DNA of 64,000 bases from positions 585-64,584 of the forward strand of contig DVIK01000058.1 of the NCBI GenBank assembly GCA_018711385.1, read 5' to 3'. Shown one piece after another: positions 24,369 to 33,650 of the stretch. Source of the stretch: Candidatus Coproplasma avistercoris. GTDB taxonomy: Bacteria; Bacillota; Clostridia; Christensenellales; Borkfalkiaceae. Positions within the stretch are counted from its first letter, which is position 1; every line of letters begins with the position of its first letter. The notes under the pieces are model-generated. The model saw nothing but the letters and a program-made list of their open reading frames with translations. It had not been told where the DNA came from and did no database searches. Both the position numbers and the translations under genes were made by a program.

Positions 24369-26645
24369 TTATCTTTTAACGGGCTTGTAGTCGGCAGCGT
24401 TTTCAATGTCGTCGAAGTCGATTATCTCGAAGTCGGTGGCGTTGTTGTCAGTGTCGGTCTCGTCCTTTCTGATTATTATGCTGTGCTTGTTTATGCCGCT
24501 TGCAAGCGTGCCCTCGCCCTGTTCTGCCTCGCCCTCGTCCGTCACGCCGAGCGCGTCCACCACGTTGCCTTCGCCGTCGGTCAGCTGCAGCGAGTAGTGT
24601 TTGTTGTCTATTTCAAGGGTGTCGACCTTCTGGTCGTAGTCGCCTGCGGCAAAACTTATCAAAGCGGCGGTATTCCCGGTGTCTTTGCCTATTATTATGT
24701 AGTTGCATCCCGCTTCCAGCGTGCCCGAAAGCGCGATCTCCGTCCAGTTGAGCGTGCCGTCGTCCTCCGCTGCGGCGTAGCGCACCTTCCAGCCGTCAAG
24801 CGCGACCGCGCTGTCCGTGGGGTTGTGTATGGTTATGAAGTCGTTGGTGGTGGAGCCGTCGTCCTTGCCTCCGTTGCCGAATACCGACCATATCAGCAGG
24901 TGGTCGGCATTCTGCTGCTCTGCGGGCACAAATACGGAGTGCATCTCGTAGGTCTTTTCTTCGTCCTCCATGGCGTATACAGCCACCGTGCCGCTGTTTT
25001 CGTTGGCGACCACCATCAGGTCTTTACCGTTGGGCGAGATTGCCGCGGGAATGAAGTCGATGCTCTCGGGCGCCACGTCGCCGAGCATGTCGCCGCTGTA
25101 ATCGCGGCTGTTCGCGTAGGCGACTATCTCCACGGCTTCAAGGTCGGTTATGTCGAATGTGAGCGCGCCGCCCTGCCTTTCAAGCGCCACAAAGGCGTAA
25201 GTCCTGCCGCCTATCGTCTGCACGTTCACGGCCTCGGGTTCGGGGCCCTTCTTCTTGCTGCGGCTGTCAAGCTCTACGTCGTCGTTGTTGCAGTTGAAGT
25301 ACGCCTTGTAATCGTCGCTCGCCGCGATGTAGCTCTCTATCATGTCGCCGCTGTCGAACACAAGGCTCATGTCGTCTGCGTCCCACACCGAAAACGACCT
25401 GGCGCCCAAAAGGTAGTGCTTGCCCTCTTCAAGGCCGTCCGTCTCGGAATTTATAAGCACCTCTACCTTGGTGTCGCCCACTTCATATTTTTCGATGTTT
25501 TCGTATCCGTTCCATTCGCGCGCGTCGCCCTCGTTGGCGGTCACAAGGTAGGTCTTGCCGCCCTGCTCGTAAGTCGCCATGCCGTCGGGCATGTATACGC
25601 CCAGTACGTCCTGCGCGGCTATCTCCGCCTTGCCGTCTTCCAGCAGGTCCAGCCCGTTCCCGGCTGCGCTGTGATCCTTGAAGCCCAGTCCCTTCACGGA
25701 GGTGAAGGTCATGCTCTCAAGGTCGAGCGTGGCAACGGCGTTGGCCTCCTGCAGCGCAACGAAAGCCCTGTTCCCGCTCACCGCTATGTATTCGGGTTCG
25801 AGGTCGGCGGAGGGTGCCGTGTCCTTTTTGAGCAGTACCTTGTCGGCCACAAGCTCGTCGCGCCTTGCGTCGAAACTTTCAAAGGTTATCGTCCGCGCCT
25901 CGGGGGAGGAGGCGGAAAGGTCTACCGCCGTCACGCTGCCCAGAGGGTCGGTGCCGCTCTCGTAGCCCATCCTCGGTTCGCCCTCGTTGGCGGAGAGCGC
26001 TATGTTGCCTGCAAAGGTCACCATGTCGGGCTGAACGCCCGCGGGGTATGCCGCCCTGAAAGTGCCGTCGTAGCCGAGTATGACTATCGCGCCGTTCTTG
26101 TCGTAGTCGGTGTGCTGCACCGCGCAGGCTATAACGTCGAGCTCGGTGTTCACCGCCACGCTGGTTATGTCGCCCACTTCAAACCCGTCCTCAAAACTTT
26201 CGGGGTGTGCGGCGGGCATGCCGCTCAGGTCTATCCTGTCGGTATTGGCGTCGAAAGTCGTTTCAAGCTCGTCTTCGCCGTATTCGCCGAGCGTAACTAT
26301 GTCCACCGTGCTTGTCAGCCCGTTCACAAGGTACAGTTTGCCGTTGTCCTCGTTGTACTGCACTATCTCTGCCACGCCGCCGTCGGCGCTGCTGTACCCG
26401 GTATAGTAAGAGGCAACTTTGTTCCAGTAAAAGTCCTTTGCTGCGGGCGTGTTGCCCTCGTTGCCCTCGTTACCCTCGTTGCCATCGTTGTCGTCGCCGC
26501 CGGGCGTCTGTTCGGTGTCGTTGCCGTTTCCGCTGCCGTCAGCGCCGTTGTTGCCGCCGTCTGCGCACGCCGCGAGCATGGTTGCCGAAAGCGCGGCCGC
26601 CGCCATGAATGCGGCAAAGATCTTTTTTAAGTTCCTCTTGTCCAT
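24369..26645 (-). CDS. surface lipoprotein: beta-propeller (choice-of-anchor I / phytase-like) domain plus C-terminal lamin-tail-like domain
   Basis: Lipobox LAAC (Cys27), then a D/N/G/E-rich linker. About 500 aa have repeated propeller-like blades (ANEGEPR, ANEGDAREW, ANENSGTVAVY). The C-terminus (LLIWSVFGNG...ITIHNPTDSAVALDGWKV...) resembles an LTD. GAGAGG RBS. Confidence 0.65.
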   Translation of the reverse strand: MDKRNLKKIFAAFMAAAALSATMLAACADGGNNGADGSGNGNDTEQTPGGDDNDGNEGNEGNEGNTPAAKDFYWNKVASYYTGYSSADGGVAEIVQYNEDNGKLYLVNGLTSTVDIVTLGEYGEDELETTFDANTDRIDLSGMPAAHPESFEDGFEVGDITSVAVNTELDVIACAVQHTDYDKNGAIVILGYDGTFRAAYPAGVQPDMVTFAGNIALSANEGEPRMGYESGTDPLGSVTAVDLSASSPEARTITFESFDARRDELVADKVLLKKDTAPSADLEPEYIAVSGNRAFVALQEANAVATLDLESMTFTSVKGLGFKDHSAAGNGLDLLEDGKAEIAAQDVLGVYMPDGMATYEQGGKTYLVTANEGDAREWNGYENIEKYEVGDTKVEVLINSETDGLEEGKHYLLGARSFSVWDADDMSLVFDSGDMIESYIAASDDYKAYFNCNNDDVELDSRSKKKGPEPEAVNVQTIGGRTYAFVALERQGGALTFDITDLEAVEIVAYANSRDYSGDMLGDVAPESIDFIPAAISPNGKDLMVVANENSGTVAVYAMEDEEKTYEMHSVFVPAEQQNADHLLIWSVFGNGGKDDGSTTNDFITIHNPTDSAVALDGWKVRYAAAEDDGTLNWTEIALSGTLEAGCNYIIIGKDTGNTAALISFAAGDYDQKVDTLEIDNKHYSLQLTDGEGNVVDALGVTDEGEAEQGEGTLASGINKHSIIIRKDETDTDNNATDFEIIDFDDIENAADYKPVKR
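26451..26495. repeat. imperfect 9-nt tandem repeat (GTTGCCCTC)x5 inside the lipoprotein linker
   Basis: Units are GTTGCCCTC twice, then GTTACCCTC, GTTGCCATC and GTTGTCGTC. On the minus strand they encode ...DDNDGNEGNEGNEGN. Confidence 0.8.
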
Positions 26646-26782
26646 TTTTTACCTCTCATGATTTGGATTGTAAAACGCTATGTAAAGCATACCGCACAGA
26701 TGTAATAAATTCTTACACGCTCGGGTAAAAAATTTGTAATAAATTGCGCGGCGCACAGGCACAATTTTACTTTTGAATAATG

Positions 26783-26811
26783 TTGACCGCGCCCCGCCGT
26801 TGTGATATAAT
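26783..26811 (+). promoter_or_regulatory. sigma-A type promoter of nadA
   Basis: TTGACC (26783-26788), 17 nt, TGaTATAAT (extended -10; TATAAT at 26806-26811). Confidence 0.6.
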
Positions 26812-26838
26812 CATATCGTAATTATAGGAGTTGAATAT

Positions 26839-27753
26839 ATGTTAAAGGAAATGCAGCAGGAGATAATGCGCCTTAAACGGGAGCGCGACGTGTGCATACT
26901 TGCGCACAGCTATATGAGCGAAGATATCTGCGAAGTGGCAGATTTTACGGGCGACAGCTACGCTCTTTCCGTAAGGGCAAAGACGGCGCCGCAGTCCGTC
27001 GTGGTGATGTGCGGCGTGCGCTTCATGGCCGAAACGGTCAAGATGCTCTCCCCGCAGAAGAAGGTGCTGCTCGCAAACCCCGACGCGGGCTGCCCGATGG
27101 CGGAACAGTTCGATAAGGAAATGATAGCGCAGCTCAAAGAGAGCATGCCGGGCTACGCCGTGGTGGCGTATGTGAACACCACCGCCGAACTCAAAACGGT
27201 GTGCGACGTGTGCGTCACCTCGTCGAGCGCGCTGAAGATCTGCCGCGCCATTCCGCAGAAGGACATAATCTTCATTCCCGACATAAACCTCGGCACATAT
27301 GTGGCGAAGAACATTCCCGAAAAGAACTTCAAACTGCTGCACGGCGGCTGCCCCACGCACGCCCGCATGACAAAGGCGGACGCGCTCAAAGCAAAGGCGG
27401 CGCACCCCGGGGCGCTCTTCCTTGTCCACCCCGAGTGCAGGCCGGAGGTGGTGGAGCTTGCCGATTACGTCGGTTCCACCACGGGCATAATGGACTACGC
27501 CGAGCATTCGGACGGCAAGGAATTTATAATCGGCACGGAAAACGCCATAGTGCAGCACCTTCAGTTCCGCTGTCCCGACAAAAAGTTCTATCCCCTCTCC
27601 AAGGACCTCGTGTGCCACAACATGAAGGTAACCACGCTTGCGGACGTATACAACGCCGTTCGCGGCGAAGGCGGGGAGGAGATCGCCATGGACGAGGCGA
27701 CGCGCCTTGCGGCGGTGAAGTGCATAGAAAAGATGATCGAATACGGCGGTTGA
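26839..27753 (+). CDS. nadA: quinolinate synthase
   Basis: 304 aa with ILAHSYM, CGVRFMAET, AGCPMAEQ and the HPEC motif, as in type-II NadA. Confidence 0.9.
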   Translation: MLKEMQQEIMRLKRERDVCILAHSYMSEDICEVADFTGDSYALSVRAKTAPQSVVVMCGVRFMAETVKMLSPQKKVLLANPDAGCPMAEQFDKEMIAQLKESMPGYAVVAYVNTTAELKTVCDVCVTSSSALKICRAIPQKDIIFIPDINLGTYVAKNIPEKNFKLLHGGCPTHARMTKADALKAKAAHPGALFLVHPECRPEVVELADYVGSTTGIMDYAEHSDGKEFIIGTENAIVQHLQFRCPDKKFYPLSKDLVCHNMKVTTLADVYNAVRGEGGEEIAMDEATRLAAVKCIEKMIEYGG

Positions 27754-27759
27754 CACATT

Positions 27760-28158
27760 ATGATGATAACTACGAAGGGCCGCAACGCCCTTAAAGTGAT
27801 GATAGACCTTGCCCAGCATGCGGGCGAGGGCAACGTTTCTCTCACCGACATAGCCGAGCGCCAGCACGAGAGCGTCAAGTATCTCGAAGCGGTCATGGGC
27901 CCGCTGTCTGCGGCGGGGCTGGTTTTGAGCGCGCGCGGCAAGAGCGGCGGTTACAGGCTCGCGCGCAGTGCGGAGGAGTGCACCGTCGGCGAAATAATAG
28001 TGGCGGCGGAGGGTTCGCTTGCGCCCGTCTCCTGTCTCGACAGCGACACCCCGTGCGAAAACGCAGCCAACTGCCTTTCGCTTCCGCTCTGGCGCGAACT
28101 CGATGAAGTGATAATGAACTTCCTCAACTCCAAAAAGCTTTCAGACATGTTGAAGTAA
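27760..28158 (+). CDS. Rrf2-family transcriptional regulator (three-Cys, Fe-S type)
   Basis: 132 aa. N-terminus MMITTKGRNALKVMIDLA, then SGGYRLAR, and Cys residues in VSCLDSDTPCENAANC. Confidence 0.85.
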   Translation: MMITTKGRNALKVMIDLAQHAGEGNVSLTDIAERQHESVKYLEAVMGPLSAAGLVLSARGKSGGYRLARSAEECTVGEIIVAAEGSLAPVSCLDSDTPCENAANCLSLPLWRELDEVIMNFLNSKKLSDMLK

Positions 28159-28181
28159 AGGCGCTTCGCGGTCAAAAGGGC

Positions 28182-28200
28182 GGCATATATGCCGCAAATA
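28182..28200. repeat. 19-nt motif GGCATATATGCCGCAAATA, copy 2
   Basis: Identical to 18726-18744. Lies 24 nt after the Rrf2 stop. Confidence 0.8.
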
Positions 28201-28218
28201 TTTGATATTCTGCAATAA

Positions 28219-28252
28219 AAGGCTCCCCCGTGCTTTCGCGGGAGAGCCTTTT
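28219..28252 (+). terminator. rho-independent terminator after Rrf2 gene
   Basis: Stem GGCTCCCCCGTG/CGCGGGAGAGCC with one mismatch and one G:U, followed by TTTTTC. Confidence 0.65.
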
Positions 28253-28700
28253 TCTGTATGCGGATATATTATTTTATGCATGATCGTGCGGCAGGCTTAT
28301 GTTTATTCGGCTATGGAGGCGTATGTATGGACGTATGTTCCGCTGTCGGGTAACTATGGCGATGCCTACGCTCTTGCCTCCTGTTCGGATTTCGTGTTCA
28401 ATCACGCGGCTCCGCCCGATCTGCAGTATAACTCTTACTATGGCGGAGTCATGTATGTGAACGTTACGGTGTTCGATCGCGGCAACGGCTTTGTGAGCGA
28501 TAGGTTCTCAAATGCGGAAAGCTGGCTTAAGGGTTGTATGGGGTTGGGTAACTGAGCAGAGGTGTGATATGAAGAGATACAGACAGATTTTAATTTCTGC
28601 AACGGCTACCGTTATGACTGCGGCTATGTTATTGTCGGCGGCGACCATATACGCTATACCAATCCCATAACAAGGAAGTAACCTTATAACGGTAAAATAA

Positions 28701-28724
28701 TTCCTCCCCTCAACAGGGGAGGAA
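28701..28724. terminator. bidirectional hairpin terminator (serves the DeoR gene on the minus strand)
   Basis: Perfect 10-bp stem TTCCTCCCCT/AGGGGAGGAA with loop CAAC and A/T-rich flanks. Confidence 0.7.
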
Positions 28725-28731
28725 TAAGGCT

Positions 28732-29490
28732 TTATATGTTAAGCAAATGTGCGCCGGTGGCTTTAAGTGCGGATATACGTTCGTCGGGGGCGTCGGTTAT
28801 AATCGCATCCATGTCCTCCGGCCTTGCAATGCGAAAGGCGGCGGACGCACCCAGCTTGCTCTCGTCGGCTATCAGTATGCGGCATCGGCACTGTTCGGTT
28901 ACTACCTGCTTCAGCTGTGTTGTTTCAAGCGAGCGTTCGAAGATTCCCTTTTCGCTCAGTGCCGCACAGGAAAACAGCATCAGATCGGGGGTGAATGTTC
29001 GCATCATGCGCGTCGCCATGCTGCCGGTAAGAGCGTTGGTGTTGAAGTGTACGCTGCCGCCGGGCATCACCAGCTGCACATCCTTTCGGCGCGAAAGTTG
29101 CAATGCAAGCTGCAGTCCGTTGGTTACCACCAGCTTGCCGGCAAGGTCAAGTTTTTGAGTAAGTGCAAGGCAGGTGGTGGAGTTATCTATGAATACGCTG
29201 GAAAATTCCGGTATGTGCCTTATGGCTATCTCTGCAACCCGCTGCTTGTGTTCGGTATCTTTTTCCAGTCTTGTGAATATCGAAAGCTCGTCCGCTCCGT
29301 CGCGCAGCATGGCTCCGCCATGATAGCGCGCTATCATACCAAGCTGTTGCATCTCGGCAAGGTCGCGCCTTATGGTCGACTGGCTCATGTAAAGCGCTTT
29401 TGCAAGATCCTCTATAGAAGCGCGTCTGTGCTTTTTCAGATATTCGTAGATACCGTCTATTCGCTTGTTTACAAACTGATTGTCGGGCAT
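28732..29490 (-). CDS. DeoR/GlpR-family transcriptional repressor (probable rhamnose-locus regulator)
   Basis: 252 aa. N-terminal HTH (SIEDLAKALYMSQSTIRRDL) plus a DeoR C-terminal sugar-phosphate sensor domain. Divergent from the GH78 gene. Confidence 0.85.
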   Translation of the reverse strand: MPDNQFVNKRIDGIYEYLKKHRRASIEDLAKALYMSQSTIRRDLAEMQQLGMIARYHGGAMLRDGADELSIFTRLEKDTEHKQRVAEIAIRHIPEFSSVFIDNSTTCLALTQKLDLAGKLVVTNGLQLALQLSRRKDVQLVMPGGSVHFNTNALTGSMATRMMRTFTPDLMLFSCAALSEKGIFERSLETTQLKQVVTEQCRCRILIADESKLGASAAFRIARPEDMDAIITDAPDERISALKATGAHLLNI

Positions 29491-29627
29491 ATTCCGTCTC
29501 CGTGCGCATTTTTGCGCAGATATAAATTCTTTTGATTATATTGTAACACAAAGCGGGCAGTTGTCAATATACTCGTACGCTTGTACGCGTATTCTTTGCG
29601 CATTTGTGCATAAAGTTGGCTCTATTT

Positions 29628-29652
29628 TGCTCATATATCAAGTTTATGAGCA
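29628..29652. promoter_or_regulatory. perfect 8-bp inverted repeat TGCTCATA-N9-TATGAGCA (operator candidate)
   Basis: Lies in the divergent DeoR/GH78 intergenic region, 16 nt upstream of the -35. Confidence 0.5.
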
Positions 29653-29667
29653 ATCTTTACGGCGATA

Positions 29668-29696
29668 TGGACAAACTTGTACATATTTAGTATAAT
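29668..29696 (+). promoter_or_regulatory. sigma-A type promoter of the rhamnose operon
   Basis: TGGACA (29668-29673), 17 nt, TATAAT (29691-29696). The spacer contains a TTGTAC motif that recurs at 29581-29586. Confidence 0.55.
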
Positions 29697-29724
29697 GTAA
29701 CCGTAAATACAATCGCATCGGCTG

Positions 29725-32289
29725 ATGCTTGGTGAATACATGCAGATAACTTATTTTTCCGTAGAAAATTTGAAAGACGGGTGTGTGACCGATAATCTCG
29801 TTCCCCGCTTTTCTTTTGCTTTAGCCTCGGGGGAGCAAAATGTCGCCTTAAAGGAGGCAGTCATCGAGGTGAACGGCTGCAGGATGGTAACAAAGGATCA
29901 GGTTCTCGTACCCTACTCAGGCAAGCCCCTCGAACCTTTCACCCGCTACACGGCAAACCTCACGGCAACGCTCACCAATGGCGAAAGCGCCTCCGCACAG
30001 GTAAAGTTCAGTACGGGCAGGCTTGGGGTTAAGTGGCAGGGTAGTTGGATAACCGACGGGTCGTATAAGTTCACCGAAAGGAAGGTCTCGCCTGTTCCCA
30101 TGAATTTCCGCAGGCGTATCGAGGTGAAAAAACCGCTTGCGCGGGCAGAAGTATATGCCACCGCTATGGGCATATTCGAACTGGAGATAAACGGAAGGCG
30201 TGTGGGCGACAGGTACTTCGCGCCCGGATTCACTTCCTATAAACATACGTTGCAATACTGCGTGTACGACGTCACCGAACAGCTCAAAACGGGCGGCGAA
30301 TTATTGTTCGTTGTTGCTGGGGGCTGGGCGGTCGGTTCGTTTGTATTCACACGCAAAAACAGGATAACGGCAAAGCGGCAGGCATTGCTTGCCGAAGTGC
30401 GGCTGTGGTATGCCGACGGCTCGAGCGAGGTGATAGCCACCGACGAAAGCTGGCAGACGGCGATGGGCGGCAGATATGTTTTTGCCGACTTTTACGACGG
30501 CGAAACTTGTGACGGCACTGCCGATATGAATAAGCTGGGCTGGCACGCCGCCTCGTGCGAAAAAATTTCCATACATCCCGTAATATGCGCCGAATACGGA
30601 GCGCCGGTAAGGGCGCAGCGCATAATGAAGCCAGTTTCCTGCACGGTGCGGGGCAGGGAATTGATATATGATTTCGGACAAAATTTTGCAGGCGTTGTCT
30701 GCGCTAAAATAAACGGTAGAACAGGACAGGAAGTTATCTTCCGTCATGCCGAGGTTCTGGAAAATGACGGCGGCCTCGCCACACGCCTTCTTCGTTCGGC
30801 AAAGGCAACGGCAAAGTATATATGCCAGGAGGGTGTTCAGACATACTCCCCCCGGTTCACTTACATGGGCTTTCGCTATGTATCCGTCACGGGAATTGAT
30901 AGGGAGGACATCGAGCTTACGGCATATGCACTTTGGTCGGATGTGGAGCAGACAGGCGAATTCGCTTGTTCTGACCGGCGAATAAACAGGCTTCAATCAA
31001 ATATAGTGTGGAGTGCTCGCTCTAACTTCGTGGATATTCCCACCGACTGCCCGCAGCGGGATGAGCGCATGGGTTGGACGGGCGATATCGGGCTGTTCGC
31101 ACCAACGGCGTGCTTCAATTTCAACATGTCTCGTTTTTTGGAAAAGTGGCTTGCCGACGTAAAATCCGAACAGCTTAAAACGGGCGGAATACCCAACACC
31201 GTGCCCGTACAGGGCTATGGCTTTCCTGCTACCATGCCTGTAATGGCTATGGATTTCTGGGGGGATGCGTGCATACTTGTGCCATGGGCGATGTACCTTG
31301 CCTACGGCGACAGGGGCATACTTGAAATGATGTACCCTGTTATGAAAAAGTATGTAAAGGCTTGCCGCTTCTGGGCGGGCTTTGGCGCGGGCAACGGGCG
31401 CTACATATGGCACACTCCTGCGGTACTGCACTTCGGCGACTGGGTTGCACCCGACGTCGACAAAATGAGCGACTGGCAGAAGCGCAGCAAGTGGACGGCT
31501 ACCGCCAGCCTGTGCAACACGAGCAGGTTGCTTGCAGAGGTTGCGCATGTGCTTGGCAAAGAGGACGAAGCCGGGCGATATAAAAAGTTGTCGCAACGCG
31601 TTGCAAGGGCATATACCGAGGTCTTTACCGATGGGGAAGGCAAACTTAAAGAGGAGTTCCAAACGGCCTATGTGCTTCCGCTCGCGTTCGGGATGTTTCC
31701 CGAAGGCGTGCGCGAAAGGGCGGCGGAAAACCTTGCGCGGATTGCAGAGCGCGACGGCTGGCGTATAGGCACGGGTTTCCCCGGTACACCATTTTTGCTG
31801 TTTGCGCTCGCCGATAACGGGCAGCGTGACGCGGCGTTCAACATGCTTATGAACGAAAAATGTCCTTCATGGCTGTATGAGGTCAAAGCCGGCGGTACTA
31901 CGATATGGGAGCGCTGGGATGCCCTTAAAGAGGACGGCACGCTTAACGGTTGTGAAGATGACGGCACTGGCGGCATGGTATCATTCAATCATTACGCAAG
32001 CGGCTCTGTGGGCAACTTTTTATACAGTCGCGTGGCGGGTATATTTCCCAAGGAAGCCGGTTACAAAAAATTTGCGGTTAGACCGTTGCCGGGCGGCGGA
32101 CTGACGTGGGCAAGAGTATCCGTCCGAACGCCATATGGTATGGCGGCTGCAGGCTGGAAAGCGGAGAGCGGCAGATTTATCCTCGATGTAGAGGTACCCG
32201 TATCCGCGGAATGTGAAATAACCATGCCGGACGGCACCGTCTGCACAGTCGGCAGCGGAAAATATACTTTCGGGTGCGAACTTCAATGA
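29725..32289 (+). CDS. alpha-L-rhamnosidase (GH78)
   Basis: 854 aa with the catalytic-domain hallmark IPTDCPQRDERMGWTGD and the six-hairpin C-terminal pattern. No signal peptide. Alternative start ATG 29740 (MQITYF...) has a GGTGA RBS. Confidence 0.9.
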   Translation: MLGEYMQITYFSVENLKDGCVTDNLVPRFSFALASGEQNVALKEAVIEVNGCRMVTKDQVLVPYSGKPLEPFTRYTANLTATLTNGESASAQVKFSTGRLGVKWQGSWITDGSYKFTERKVSPVPMNFRRRIEVKKPLARAEVYATAMGIFELEINGRRVGDRYFAPGFTSYKHTLQYCVYDVTEQLKTGGELLFVVAGGWAVGSFVFTRKNRITAKRQALLAEVRLWYADGSSEVIATDESWQTAMGGRYVFADFYDGETCDGTADMNKLGWHAASCEKISIHPVICAEYGAPVRAQRIMKPVSCTVRGRELIYDFGQNFAGVVCAKINGRTGQEVIFRHAEVLENDGGLATRLLRSAKATAKYICQEGVQTYSPRFTYMGFRYVSVTGIDREDIELTAYALWSDVEQTGEFACSDRRINRLQSNIVWSARSNFVDIPTDCPQRDERMGWTGDIGLFAPTACFNFNMSRFLEKWLADVKSEQLKTGGIPNTVPVQGYGFPATMPVMAMDFWGDACILVPWAMYLAYGDRGILEMMYPVMKKYVKACRFWAGFGAGNGRYIWHTPAVLHFGDWVAPDVDKMSDWQKRSKWTATASLCNTSRLLAEVAHVLGKEDEAGRYKKLSQRVARAYTEVFTDGEGKLKEEFQTAYVLPLAFGMFPEGVRERAAENLARIAERDGWRIGTGFPGTPFLLFALADNGQRDAAFNMLMNEKCPSWLYEVKAGGTTIWERWDALKEDGTLNGCEDDGTGGMVSFNHYASGSVGNFLYSRVAGIFPKEAGYKKFAVRPLPGGGLTWARVSVRTPYGMAAAGWKAESGRFILDVEVPVSAECEITMPDGTVCTVGSGKYTFGCELQ

Positions 32290-33650
32290 GATTTCTTGCG
32301 ATAGATATAGGTGCGTCGAGCGGTCGTCACATTGTTGGCGCGCTTGAAGATGGACGAATAAAATTAAAGGAAGTCTACCGTTTTGCAAACGGCATTGAAC
32401 GCCGTTCAGGACATTTGGTTTGGGATGAAAAGAGGCTGGTAAACGAAGTGTTGCTCGGGCTGAAAGCTGCTGGCGAACAGGGGCTTGTTCCTGACTTCGT
32501 CGGCATAGATACCTGGGCGGTTGACTATGCTCTGCTCGACGAAGAAGGCAACGCCGTTGGCGACGTATTTTCCTACCGCGACGGCAGGACGGAGGCGGCG
32601 ACGGAACAGGTCCACCGCATAATATCCTTCAACGAACTCTATTCCCGCACGGGCATTCAGTTCCAGCCGTTCAACACCGTGTATCAGCTTTACGAAGATA
32701 AGATGAGCGGCAGACTAAAAAAAGCGAAGCACTTTCTCATGTTGCCCGACTACCTTGGCTACCGTCTCACGGGCGTAATGCGGCAGGAATATACCAACGC
32801 CACGTCCACGGGCATGGTAAACGCCGTGACCCATAAATGGGACGGGGATATCATCGGGGCTCTCGGGTTCGAAGGCAGCCTGTTCGGCGAACTTTCGCAG
32901 CCGGGCACTGCGGTGGGCAATTTTTCAAAACAGGTGCGCGATTTTGTAGGGTATGATGCGGCTGTTATCCTTCCCGCCACGCACGACACTGCTTCGGCAG
33001 TGCTTGCGGCGCCCATAAATTTCGGCGACATGTATATCTCTTCCGGCACGTGGTCGCTGCTCGGTACCGAACAGTACGGTGCTCACACCGAAGAGGCCGC
33101 GATGCGCGTAAATTACTCCAACGAGGGCAGCATAGATTTCACCTTCCGCTTGCAGAAGAACGTAATGGGGCTGTGGATGTTGCAGAATATCCGGCGGGAA
33201 CTTGGCGGAACTTTTCCCGAAATGATTGCCATGGCGCGCTCGCAGGAGAAGGGTTGCATTGTAGATGTAAACGATGCCCGCTTTCTTGCTCCGTCCGATA
33301 TGATGCAAGAAATACGTTCCACAGTCGGCAGACCACTTTCAGACGCACAGGTAGTGCGCACCGTTTACGACAGTCTTGCGCTTGGCTATAAGCATGCGGT
33401 GGAGGAACTGGAAGGTATCACGGGCAGTCGTGCGGAAAGTATCAGTATCATAGGCGGCGGCTGCCGTGACGGTTTGTTGAATGAGCTTACTGCAAAAGTT
33501 ACGGGCAAGCGTATTCTTACCGGCCCAGTCGAGGCCACTTCCATAGGCAACATAATAATGCAGATGATAAGCGCTGGCGAGATACAGGATATAGCTACGG
33601 CGCGTAAGATAGTAAAAAATTCGTTCAATATAGGAGAGACAGTGGCATGA
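32286..33650 (+). CDS. rhaB: rhamnulokinase (FGGY family)
   Basis: The start ATG 32286 overlaps the GH78 stop as ATGA. N-terminus MRFLAIDIGASSGRH. Size and context match RhaB. Confidence 0.85.
   Translation: MRFLAIDIGASSGRHIVGALEDGRIKLKEVYRFANGIERRSGHLVWDEKRLVNEVLLGLKAAGEQGLVPDFVGIDTWAVDYALLDEEGNAVGDVFSYRDGRTEAATEQVHRIISFNELYSRTGIQFQPFNTVYQLYEDKMSGRLKKAKHFLMLPDYLGYRLTGVMRQEYTNATSTGMVNAVTHKWDGDIIGALGFEGSLFGELSQPGTAVGNFSKQVRDFVGYDAAVILPATHDTASAVLAAPINFGDMYISSGTWSLLGTEQYGAHTEEAAMRVNYSNEGSIDFTFRLQKNVMGLWMLQNIRRELGGTFPEMIAMARSQEKGCIVDVNDARFLAPSDMMQEIRSTVGRPLSDAQVVRTVYDSLALGYKHAVEELEGITGSRAESISIIGGGCRDGLLNELTAKVTGKRILTGPVEATSIGNIIMQMISAGEIQDIATARKIVKNSFNIGETVA

Noticed and set aside
24294-26630. 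778-aa + strand ORF
   Set aside because: It lies exactly antisense to the well-supported lipoprotein gene. It is V/A/G/R/H-rich and low in complexity, with no RBS. This is the typical stop-free shadow frame of a high-GC gene.
26646-26838. NAD+/nadA-motif riboswitch upstream of nadA
   Set aside because: The leader between the predicted TSS (about 26818) and the ATG (26839) is only about 20 nt, which is too short for a riboswitch. The region is explained by a promoter.
28202-28555. 117-aa ORF as a real gene
   Set aside because: Its first 50 nt or so overlap the Rrf2 terminator hairpin. No in-frame ATG has an SD, and no family is recognisable. I kept it only as a low-interest observation.
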